From Monocercomonoides exilis PA203 (Eukaryota; Protista; Preaxostyla), in the NCBI GenBank assembly GCA_001643675.2, contig LSRY02000038.1, positions 372,001 to 436,000 of the forward strand: a DNA stretch of 64,000 nt, read 5' to 3'. The notes beneath the pieces are model-generated. The model worked only from the letters and a program-made list of their open reading frames with translations, searched no databases and had not been told where the DNA came from. Shown one piece after another: positions 44,375-53,800 of the stretch. Position 1 is the first letter of the stretch. Each line of letters opens with the position of its first letter. A program made the translations under genes and the position numbers.

Positions 44375-46426
44375 TTACTCTGATGGTTCAGGATCTACAA
44401 CATCACTTTTATTCCTCACGATTGAGTAGCTAGCAGCGTCAGTCACATCGCCTCTCCCAGTGAAGCCATACACTGTGCGCTTCACTGTCTTCGTGGCTGG
44501 GTATTGCTCCACCACCACCATTCCTTCCTCAGTCATCCGGTCAAAGAAGCAGGCGTGTGCAGTGGTTGGCGTGCGCTTCACAGTCTTCTTCACCACCTTC
44601 GTCTCCTTCGTGACAGGATCCACTTCTTCATCCTCAACCTCCACGTCGATGCGCTCAGGGAATGTCCCGTTCACAAACGTCGCAATCACAGCGCCTGAGT
44701 CAATCGGGAACGACGTGTTTGTAATCGCCTCTCCTGCCACCCACTCGCTCGTCGCACCCACATCTGAGAAGAGCTGCACCAGCGACACACAATCGCCATC
44801 GTCATACGACTCCACATCCACAATCGCCTCTACTCCTTCTTCCAGCTCAATGTAATGCCCTCCTTCAATCGGCGGGTTCGGCGCTGGATAGGGCTTTGGG
44901 TGTGGGGGCTCTGGACGTGGCTTAGGTGGTTTCGGAGGCTTGGGTGGATTTGGTACAGGCACATCAGGTTCATCTGGCTCGTCTGGCTCATCCGGTTCAT
45001 CAGGTTCATCAGGCTCATCAGGCTCATCAGGATAATCTGGTTCATCAGGCTCATCTGGGTAGTCTGGTTCATCGGGATAGTCTGGCTCTGGCTCTGGCTC
45101 AGGTTCTGGATGAGGCTTTGGTGGTTGCGGAGGTTGTGGCTTCGGCTTTGGTGGTAGGGGCTTTGGAGGATGCGGCTTTGGTGGTTCAGGCTTCGGGGGT
45201 TGTGGACGCTTCGATGGAATTTTGATTTTCTGGCCAACGTATATCTTGTTAGGATTGGCAATATGATTGTATTTTGCCAATTCTGCAACTGTTGTGTGAT
45301 ATATTGCAGCTATCTTTGACAACGTGTCTCCTTTCTTCACAACGTAAACATCCTTCGATGGCTGAGGCTGTGGCTTTGGTTGTGGCTTTGGCTGTGGCTT
45401 TGGTGTTGGCTTTGGTTGTGGCTTGGGAGTTGGCTTGGGAGTTGGCTTGGGAGTTGGCTTGGGAGTTGGCTTGGGAGTTGGCTTGGGAGTTGGCTTGGGA
45501 GTTGGCTTGGGAGTTGGCTTGGGAGTTGGCTTGGGAGTTGGCTTGGGAGTTGGCTTTGGTGTAGGCTTTGGTGTAGGCTTGGGGGTGGGCTTGGGGGTGG
45601 GCTTGGGGGTGGGCTTGGGGGTGGGCTTGGGGGTGGGTTTTGGAGTTGGTTTTGGTTGTGGCTTGGGAGTGGGTTTTGGTGTAGGCTTTGGTTTTGGCTT
45701 GGGAGTTGGCTTTGGTGTAGGCTTTGGTGGTTGGGGCTTTGGTTTAGGAGGCTGTGGTTTAGGCTTGGGTGGTTGAGGCTTTGGTTTTGGTGTGGGTGGT
45801 TGTGGCTTTGGTTTTGGTGTGGGTGGTTGTGGCTTTGGTTTTGGAGAAGGTTTTGGTTTAGGCGTGGGCTTAGGCTTTGGAGTTGGCTTAGGTTTTGGAG
45901 TTGGCTTAGGTTTTGGAGTTGGCTTAGGCTTTGGAGTTGGTTTGGGTTTTGGAGTTGGTTTGGGCTTGGGAGTTGGCTTTGGCTTTGGCTTTGGCTTGGG
46001 AGTTGGCTTGGGTTTTGGTTTTGGAGTGGGCTTTGGTTTCGGCTTTGGTTTAGCTGCCTTTGCACCGTCCAATTCTTCTCCAGAATATTCATCGTCTAAT
46101 TCAAATATTTCATATTCGAACTCCAATTCGCTTTCTTCTTCTTCTCCCTCATCATCGAAGACCTCTTCCGAATCAATATACTCTTCATCTTGATCCTCAA
46201 AAAGTTGAATGATCTCGTCTTCATCTTCCTCCGGAATTGCTTCTATCTCTTCCGTTTCATCCTCCTCATCGTAAACATCCGTTAACTTGTATTCTACGTT
46301 CTGGTATTCATTCCAGATCTTTCCTTTTTCATAGACAGCGCTTGCGTTGAATTCACTTCTTTCTGGCTCAAGCTCCAGAAATGAATTTGCGAAAGCAGCT
46401 GATATCAAAATCAACAGTTTCAGCAT
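44375..46426 (-). CDS. Secreted LysM + Tae2/BPSL0067-family (NlpC/P60-fold) peptidoglycan amidase with Pro-rich stalk
   Basis: Probable start [15 protein letters not shown] at 46426 (signal peptide), then an acidic tract and PKPT repeats. Canonical Lys[45 protein letters not shown] at ~45215-45349. C-terminal domain [44 protein letters not shown]. Confidence 0.85.
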   Translation of the reverse strand: MLKLLILISAAFANSFLELEPERSEFNASAVYEKGKIWNEYQNVEYKLTDVYDEEDETEEIEAIPEEDEDEIIQLFEDQDEEYIDSEEVFDDEGEEEESELEFEYEIFELDDEYSGEELDGAKAAKPKPKPKPTPKPKPKPTPKPKPKPKPTPKPKPTPKPKPTPKPKPTPKPKPTPKPKPTPKPKPTPKPKPSPKPKPQPPTPKPKPQPPTPKPKPQPPKPKPQPPKPKPQPPKPTPKPTPKPKPKPTPKPTPKPQPKPTPKPTPKPTPKPTPKPTPKPTPKPTPKPTPKPTPKPTPKPTPKPTPKPTPKPTPKPTPKPTPKPTPKPTPKPTPKPQPKPTPKPQPKPQPKPQPQPSKDVYVVKKGDTLSKIAAIYHTTVAELAKYNHIANPNKIYVGQKIKIPSKRPQPPKPEPPKPHPPKPLPPKPKPQPPQPPKPHPEPEPEPEPDYPDEPDYPDEPDEPDYPDEPDEPDEPDEPDEPDEPDEPDVPVPNPPKPPKPPKPRPEPPHPKPYPAPNPPIEGGHYIELEEGVEAIVDVESYDDGDCVSLVQLFSDVGATSEWVAGEAITNTSFPIDSGAVIATFVNGTFPERIDVEVEDEEVDPVTKETKVVKKTVKRTPTTAHACFFDRMTEEGMVVVEQYPATKTVKRTVYGFTGRGDVTDAASYSIVRNKSDVVDPEPSE
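45360..46050. repeat. Coding minisatellite of 12-nt units encoding PKPT/PKPQ
   Basis: Eleven perfect GGCTTGGGAGTT units at 45420-45551, a GGCTTGGGGGTG block at ~45576-45635, and 18-nt PKPKPT units further on. Confidence 0.95.
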
Positions 46427-46798
46427 TTTTCCAAAATTCGAAATGATGAAAAAAATTTTTTCCATAAATTTTTATTCCATTATAGAGGAAAATAATAATA
46501 CTCATAATTGGAAGATCAATAAAAATGAAAATTGAACAGAAATAGTGTTTTGTCATTTGTTGTGTCTTTTTAATAAAACATATAACAAAAGACAATCGAA
46601 AAGAAAAAATAGTGCTTCTATTTCTTCTATTATTGAACATATTTTAGGTTTTCAAAAAAATAAAACGCTAATCTGAAAATTTTTTTGAAGATCTGTTGTT
46701 GAATGAAAAGAACATTCAAAATTTAACAAAAAAAGTGTTTTCGTTCTTATTGAGAGAGGATAGGAATATTCAAAATATAACAAAAAAACAAGAAAAAT

Positions 46799-46882
46799 TC
46801 TCCCCAGCCGGGTTCGAACCAGCGACCTCAAGATAACAGCATTTTCTACAGTCTCGCGCTCTTCCAACTGAGCTATGGAGAG
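46799..46882 (-). tRNA. tRNA-Tyr(GUA) with 11-nt intron (46835-46845)
   Basis: CTCTCCATAGCTCAGTTGGAAGAGCGCGAGACTGTAG[aaaatgctgtt]ATCTTGAGGTCGCTGGTTCGAACCCGGCTGGGGAGA. The acceptor stem pairs, the T-loop GTTCGAA is present, the intron is at the canonical 37/38 site, and a T-run follows. Confidence 0.97.
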
Positions 46883-47495
46883 AACTAGAACTAGAGGTTT
46901 TTCGAATCTTGAGCAAAAAATAAATTTGATTTTATAACATAGATGTCAACCTCTTTTTTTGGAATTGATTCAATCAAATTGGAACTTTCTCAATCTCACT
47001 TGGTCCAAAATAGGAATTACGAAATGTTTGAAAAACTGATCTTAATATTTTTTTGTTTCTTCTTTTATTTGATTCCTTCGTTTCGATTATTCTCTATACT
47101 TTGATATTTTATGCATCTTTATAAAATCCATGGTGTTTTGATCTGTTTTCAGCAAATTTTGAGTTTTTTTATAGTTCAAAAGGTTTGCATTTGTTTTTAA
47201 TTCTTTCACATGATATCCTTGCGATTGAGCATTTATATTAATTCTTATGATTATTTTCATATGTTTTAAGCTATTAACAGCTGTGACGTTTTATTTTAAA
47301 TCAGGATCATTAATAATACTTTTTCAACGTTTATTTCATATAAAACTCAAGGGGAAACAACGATTTTTGTTTCATTTCATTATTTTTTATGAATATTTTA
47401 TGACATACATACAATAAGTTATATTTTTTATTCTCTTTTATTTTTTTTTTTAAAAAAGGTGAATGATTGAAAAATAGAAATAATAAAAGAAAAAA

Positions 47496-49046
47496 CTAAT
47501 TTCTTTGTTCCAAAAGAAGCCTTAAAGGGCTTGGCGTAATTCTTTTCGCCTTTTCTGCTTCTGATGAACGTGGAGTTGAAGGAAAAGGAGATGAAGAAGA
47601 TGCAGAAGAATGTTGGATTGATTTCCACTGACCTGGTAAACACCAGGCCATAGAATTATCATCTTCGTCACTATCATTTTCTTCCAAATCAATCCTTTTC
47701 GTTTCATTTCTATCTTTTTCTTCTTTTTCTTCTTTTTCTTCTTTTTCTTCTTTTTCTTCTTTTTCTTCGATTTTTCGCTTTTCTTTCTTTTCTTCTTCAT
47801 ATTTCTTTTTCAGTGCGCCTTCCTTTTCATTCTGTGAAATATCTGAATAAAAAAAAGAGAAAATATAATGGTTGAAAGAGTTATCAAAAAAAATCGAATA
47901 AAAGATAATGAATATAAATATGGGTAAAGTAATGAATAATAAACTGTCTATTTGTGCGTGTAAAGTAGTTATTGTGGGTGTAATTGACAAGCTCGGATTC
48001 AATCTATTTTTCAATTTTATTCGATATCTCTCATTCGCTATTTGTCTTGCTTTTTGTTTTTGTAAATGCTCCGTCCACAAGTTGTCCAAAATACGCTGAT
48101 TTGCTTCCCCATCTGCTCTTGTCAATGGATTTCGTAATATATGAAAATTGGTCAAACAACAAGCCACACAGAAATAATCAGCAACCCTTTCAACTTCAAA
48201 TGGCCACTGTCTTCGAAAAACTGAAAAGAGGGTCTTCAGACGACCGAAAAACCGTTCCACGATAACTCGATGAGTTGCTAGCTCTGGTGTTCCCACTGGT
48301 TTGGTGATAATTGCAGCCAAATCAGGTCTCGCTCCTATGTAAGCCGAATCAGCCAATATTTTTGCCCCTCCCAAACGATCCAAAAATTGAGGATAATGAT
48401 CTTTAAAGACTGTAAAGTCATGAGTAGAGCCAGAATGAATTGCACTGATAGTACTTGCTGTCCCAACTTTGGGATTGATTCCAACCTCAGCTTTCACACA
48501 ATATGTGTGATGTTTCCCGCTAAAAAACTTTTTCCCAAAGTCTAATCGACCTCCAGGTCTGTTGATGGGAATGATTGTGCAGTCCAAAACAATTCCAACC
48601 TCCTTCATCACTTCAATCCTGTCAGGGCGAAATGTCAAAAACAAATCTGCTAATGGAGCTCTGATATGAGAAACAATACTGTGAAGAAGTCTGACAAGAG
48701 CGTTTTGAGTTTCATAGAAAGGTGTGGATAATAAAAGTGTGAGTGTTGTTGAACCGTGATGAAGAAAAGTGAGTAACAAGAATAACTGTTCATCAAAATT
48801 GTTGATTGCTTTCAGTTTCCCTCGACGATGAGGAACTTCCATTTGAAGAATGTGAATGAGAAAATCAAATTCTTCTTTTGTGAATCCAGTAAGTCGAAAA
48901 AAAGAAGAAACAGGATCATCAAAAAAGTCACAAGCTTTTTTGATGATGGAAATTTTTTCTTTCTTTTGAAGTGATTCATTCCGTTGTGGAATAATATTTC
49001 TCCTCTCCACACTCTTCAAAACGTCCAAAAAATTTGAATGTGACAT
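47496..49046 (-). CDS. DDE_Tnp_4 (ISL2EU/PIF-Harbinger/HARBI1-like) transposase, copy 1 (~482 aa spliced)
   Basis: Motifs FFRLTGF, VLDCTIIP..RP, FSGKHH, GSTHD, ILADSAYIG and RVIVERFFGRLK. A 102-nt intron at 47843-47944 happens to be in frame and stop-free. Confidence 0.88.
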   Translation of the reverse strand: MSHSNFLDVLKSVERRNIIPQRNESLQKKEKISIIKKACDFFDDPVSSFFRLTGFTKEEFDFLIHILQMEVPHRRGKLKAINNFDEQLFLLLTFLHHGSTTLTLLLSTPFYETQNALVRLLHSIVSHIRAPLADLFLTFRPDRIEVMKEVGIVLDCTIIPINRPGGRLDFGKKFFSGKHHTYCVKAEVGINPKVGTASTISAIHSGSTHDFTVFKDHYPQFLDRLGGAKILADSAYIGARPDLAAIITKPVGTPELATHRVIVERFFGRLKTLFSVFRRQWPFEVERVADYFCVACCLTNFHILRNPLTRADGEANQRILDNLWTEHLQKQKARQIANERYRIKLKNRLNPSLSITPTITTLHAQIDSLLFITLPIFIFIIFYSIFFDNSFNHYIFSFFYSDISQNEKEGALKKKYEEEKKEKRKIEEKEEKEEKEEKEEKEEKDRNETKRIDLEENDSDEDDNSMAWCLPGQWKSIQHSSASSSSPFPSTPRSSEAEKAKRITPSPLRLLLEQRN

Positions 49047-49859
49047 CAGAAAAAAATAAGAACAACTTTCGTTTGATCAAAACCAAATATTGAAATTTTG
49101 TTATTAATGATCACGAAACCAACATTTGTGAATATGAATGTTATTGAATCAAATCAAATAAGTTTGATTCTATTCGGTTTTCAATCGATATTATTAAGTG
49201 TTTATATATCTTTTGCGGATGCATCAGATAAAACACAAAAGGTTCTAACTTGTTCGAATTTTCCCTGCCGCACCGAATTGATTGAAGAAATTCGAATTAT
49301 TTGTGACTTTTTGAATGTTTCTCGCTCAATTCGGTATTTTCTTAATCTTTTTCCAGGCAACTCGAGGATTTTCAAATTTTTTTTGTTTTGTAACTTGTGA
49401 TCTTAACTTTTTTTGTTTCTTAAATTACTTCACCATTATTTTGAGTTAGGTTTTAACATTTTGTTTGTGTGTTTATTATATGTAATTAAAACTTTTTATG
49501 ATCGGTTTTTTGAGTTTTGTTTATTTTTTGTTTAGTGCATTTATATCATGTTTTTATGCAATTTTAACAAGTATAAATAACTTTTAACCATTTTTAACTA
49601 TATTTTTTATATGTTTAGTATAAATATGATAGTTCTGAATGTTTAAATAATATTTTTTTAACAAATTCACTCATTTCATATTTTAATATTTTGTTTTGAG
49701 TACAAACAAGTCAACAATGATAATTAATGAAAATTTCTTGAATTTTTATTTATGCTTTATATTAATTTATATAAAAAAACATATCAATAATAAAATCATA
49801 TTGTATTTAGATAAAAATGTAACAAAGGTGAATTGAAAAATAAAAAACAATAGAAAAAC

Positions 49860-51380
49860 TCACTGTCTTTGGTTTAACAAGCTCTGCAAAGGAGTTTCGC
49901 TGACTCTCTTTTCTTTTATTGAAGCACTAGAGGAAGAAGCAGAAGGAAAGGAAGACGATGATGAGGGTTGCTGAAAGCGAAGAGACCTCCACTGATTTGG
50001 TAAAAACCAACTTGATAATTCGTCACTGTTTCTTTCTCTTTCTTCATCTTCATCTCTTTCGTTGATTATTATTTCGTCTCTCCTTTCCTTTTCTTCGACA
50101 GTTTTCTTTTCTTTCTTCTCCTTTTCATCTTTTCTTTCTTTTTCTCTTTGATCTTCCCCAGTTCGCTGCTCTTGGGCTTCAGAATTGCCTGAAAAACATA
50201 GTTATGGTAATGGAAATATAAAAACAAGTAAAATAAACATTATAAACATTAATATGGGTAAAAATAAAAAAGTCTAACTATCTTCTGAATAAAATAGAGT
50301 TGTGATTGATGATGGTGTTGGAGCTTCAGGATTCAATCTTTTCTTCATATTGACTCGATAGCGTTCATTAGCGATTCGCTTTGCTTCCACTTTCTTCTCA
50401 TGTGACTGCATCAGATATCCAATGAATCGAGAATTTGCATCTGAGTCGACTGCAGTCAGTGGGTTTTTCAGGATGTGAAAATTCGTCAAACAGCATGCAA
50501 TTGTGAAATACTCCGCCACTCTTTCCACTTCAAATGGCCATGGACGCCTGAAAACGGCAAAAAGAGTCTTCAACCTCCCAAAAAATCGCTCGACAATTAC
50601 TCTTTTGGATGCCAATTCGGGTGTTCCGACAGGTTTTGAGATTATTGCACCCAATTCTGGCCTTGCTCCAATGTATGCTGAGTCAGCAAGTATCTTTGCT
50701 CCTCCCAATTGACTCTCAAATTGAGGTAAATGATCTTTGAAAAGGACAAAATCATGTGTTGACCCAGTTTGGACGTGACTAATTGTACAAGCAGTACCAA
50801 TTCGAGGATTAACACCAACTTCCACCTTCACACAGTAAATATGATGCTTTCCACTATAAAATTTCTTTCCATATTCCAACCTTCCACCTGGACGATTTGT
50901 GGGAATTACCGTACAATCCAAAACAAGACCCACCTCCTTCATTCCTTCTAGACGATCTGGGCGAAAAGTGAGAAATAAATCAGTCAAGGGCACTCTGATG
51001 TCTGCAGCAATTCTGTGAAGAAGTCGAATTGTTGCATTTTGAGTGTCATAAAAAGAAGAAGAAAGCATAAATGTTAGTGTAGTGGATCCATGATGAAGAA
51101 AAGTGAGTAATAAAAAAAGTTGATCAGAAAAATTGTTGATTGCCTTTTCTTTTCCTCGATGAGGAGATATTTCTTTTTGAAGAAGTTGAAGTAACAAATC
51201 GAACTCAAATCGGGCGAAGCCCGTAAAGCGAAAAAAAGCAGTTGGTGTGTTGTCCAAAATATTTAAAGCTCTTTCGATGATTGAAGTGGTTTTTTTTGTT
51301 TCTTTGATAGCAGGAGAAGCAGGCATTTTATTTCTTTCTTCAACTCTCTCTAAGACACTCAAAAGTGAAGATTCAGACAT
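49860..51380 (-). CDS. DDE_Tnp_4 (ISL2EU/PIF-Harbinger/HARBI1-like) transposase, copy 2 (~476 aa spliced)
   Basis: Same motifs as copy 1. Intron 50189-50278 (GTTAGA...TTTCAG) follows an exon 1 of identical length (1102 nt). The last exon encodes SWFLPNQWRSL...PLQSLLNQRQ*, homologous to AWCLPGQWKSI...PLRLLLEQRN* in copy 1. Confidence 0.88.
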
Positions 51381-51589
51381 TGATCGAAACAGTCAAAAAA
51401 TGATAACAACAAACACACCCTTTATATGTAAATATTTTTGTGATCAAAAAGGACCCATGATAAAAAACAATGGATGTGATTAAATCACATTGGAACTTAG
51501 TCGATCTTTTTGGAATGATATCAAACTCATACCAAAAAGAAAAAGTTAATGCGATATAACAAAATAAATTCGAATAAGTTCTACTGTTA

Positions 51590-53271
51590 GTCGGTGAGGA
51601 AACCCGATCCAGGGAGGAAACCCGATCCATTTTTGATCAAAAACTTGGATTAATGTTTTTGATCAAAACTATGGAAAAGAAACCTTCTCTTGTCAGAATT
51701 AAAGCATCGAGTGATATGCGTTCTATTGGAGATGAGTTTATCAAGGCCTTGTATGCCTATGATATTTTGCAATATTCCGGTCGTGAAATCGAGGAAAGCG
51801 GGTTGATTTCGAGAGGATGTTTGGTGAGAGCCTTGAAAGCAAGAAAAGAAGGGAGAGATTTAAGAAAAAACGGTAGACCAACATTGTTTACTAAAGCAGA
51901 AGAAGATGAGTTTGAAGAGAGGATTTTGGAGGACATTAGGATCGGAATTTATCACACGAAACGAAATATTATGCAAATGGTGTGAAAACAAGTCTTTTCA
52001 TCATTTTTTTTAACTTTTTTTGTTTTTCAGGCAAATGAATTATTGTGCAAAAAAAGAAGCGAAGGAGAAGAAATCAAAACTGTGGACAAGCATTGGGTTG
52101 ATCGTTTTTTGTTAAGACATAAAAAAATCAGCTTGCAAAAGCCGAAACCGCTGCCCATTGGAAGGGCTGCACATTCATGCAAAGCTGTATTAATTCCGTT
52201 TTTCGACGCCTACGAAAAATATTTCTTCAAAGTGAAACCTATTCCTCAATTGATGTTCAATATTGATGAAACATCAACAGTTTTTTCAGCTTTGTTTGAA
52301 GAACAGGTAGCTTCATCATCTTCTGTACCATCATCAATCACTCCAGAATCGTCTCTGCCAACCTCCACATCCATCATTGTAATGACTAGCTCCGATGGGT
52401 GCAGATACCTTGCACCAGTTCTCATTCCCTTCAAAACAATTCCAGCTGAATATCTTCTTGCCACAACCTCAACTGAAGTTTTTATTCCAACCACGTCAGG
52501 CCATTTAACATCGTCATTATTTGCTGAATTGTTCAAAAAAATATTTTTGCCAGAAATAAACAAAAAACGGTGCGCCATAGGAAAGCAATATGATCATGCT
52601 ATGCTGGTCATGGATGGAGGTGTGGGTCATTTCAGCGATGAAATGAAAAAAGTTTGCAGAGACAATTTAATAGATTTGATAAAACTTCCTTCTCACACCT
52701 CTCATATTCTACAGCCCAACGACCAATTTGTGTTTGCGAGTTTAAAGAGGAATTTCAGCAAGGCAACGGAAAGCGGGAAGGCTACGACGGTCGCGGAGAG
52801 AAGAGAAGCATTTATTCGAACATTGAAAAATGGACTATCAGCTGCTAGTTACCCCTCAACGATAATTGCTTCGTGGAGGGTTTGCGGCTTATTTCCAATG
52901 GACAAAAATGCAGTTTTGAATCGTTTGCCTGATGCCCCTCCTCAATGGGCTGCCTCACAAATAAATCCTGAAAGAGCACCAGAAGGTGCTTCATTTGGAG
53001 CAGTCTATTATTCATCTGACGATGATCATCAACTTTTTGCTTTAATTAAGACTTTTTCTCAATTTCAGTTAATAATACGTTTATTTGAATTTCTGTTTTT
53101 GAAAATCGTGCTTATTATTTTATTCAGTTTTTTTTTCTGTTAACAGTGCATTTTTCATATATTGAACATATTTTTTTCGTCAAAAAAACATAAAATTTCA
53201 TCAATTTATCTTAAATGTTTTTTTAGATCATTGGGTCGGGTTTCCTCCCTGGATCGGGTTTCCTCCCCGAC
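51590..53271 (+). mobile_element. Full-length pogo/Fot-like DNA transposon (1682 bp)
   Basis: 40-bp TIRs at 51590-51629 and 53232-53271 (GTCGGtGAGGAAACCCGATCCAGGGAGGAAACCCGAtCCA, 2 mismatches). TA on both sides (51588-51589, 53272-53273). Encloses a transposase gene. Confidence 0.93.
51653..53143 (+). CDS. pogo-type DDE_1 transposase (DD35D), ~479 aa, 2 exons
   Basis: Exon 51653-51979 (GRPTLFTKAEE) splices through a 51-nt intron (51980-52030, GTGTGA...TTTCAG) to 52031-53143. HTH_Tnp_Tc5-like HWVDRFLLRH; catalytic FNIDETS, VMDGGVGH and LPSHTSHILQPND, with 35 residues between the 2nd and 3rd Asp. Confidence 0.9.
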
Positions 53272-53589
53272 TAGTTTTATAACTCTTCGCATATTCCCTG
53301 TATCACCAATTAGTTCTGTAAATTGAAAATGATTCTTATTCATCTTTTATTAATAACTCAATCTAACAATTTGATCTCTGCGACTTGATATTTACATATA
53401 GAAACAATGAAAAATGACTGAAAAGGTTTTGTCAACTTGTCAAATTTTGTCATTCTTTAACCATTTCGCAATTTTCGATTTTACAAAATTATTATCAATG
53501 AATCAACAAACAGCAGTTCAAGATATCTAAAATTTTTAAATTATCAATTGACACTATCATGCTCCCACAATTATTTTTTCATTGGCTTG

Positions 53590-53715
53590 AAATATCAGTT
53601 TGCAAAATTATTTTGTCACATTTTTTCACGGACTATCACTGACAAAATTGAAAATAACAAATATTTCAAATGCTATCACCTAATTTTTTTCAAAACGCTT
53701 TTCATAATCTTTGGA

Positions 53716-53758
<43 letters not shown>

Positions 53759-53800
53759 TGACAGATAGATGATTTTATTACCTGTTGTGTCACAGAGGGA
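53590..53800 (+). repeat. Dispersed repeat, inverted homolog of 25940-26245
   Basis: The reverse complement reads CTCTGTGAC..CTGTCAC..(A-tract)..AAAACTTC.AAAGATT..TTTTGTCAGTGA...TGTGACAAAA..AACTGA.ATTTCA, collinear with the sequence upstream of the decayed transposase. Confidence 0.65.

Noticed and set aside
45420-45640. Tandem GGCTTGGGAGTT array as a CRISPR or telomeric repeat
   Set aside because: There are no spacers, it is not TTAGGG, and it is fully explained as PKPT codons in the minus-strand ORF. The WLGS/GVGL/WELA ORFs are shadow frames.
44375-46465. LysM gene as bacterial contamination
   Set aside because: Its flanks are AT-rich like the host and directly adjoin intron-containing CEP290 and a eukaryotic intron-bearing tRNA; there are no bacterial neighbours or operon context.
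47843-47944. Transmembrane segment (LLFITLPIFIFIIFYSIFF) in transposase copy 1
   Set aside because: It is an in-frame intron; copy 2 has an intron at the same position containing a stop.
47345-49270. TIRs for the DDE_Tnp_4 genes (GGGGAAAC at ~47351 vs TTTTCCCT at ~49260)
   Set aside because: The match is too short in AT-rich DNA, and there is no supporting TSD.
50274-53143. Divergent DDE_Tnp_4 and plus-strand ORFs as one two-gene Harbinger element
   Set aside because: The plus-strand gene is a DDE_1 transposase enclosed by its own TIRs and TA flanks, so it is an independent insertion.
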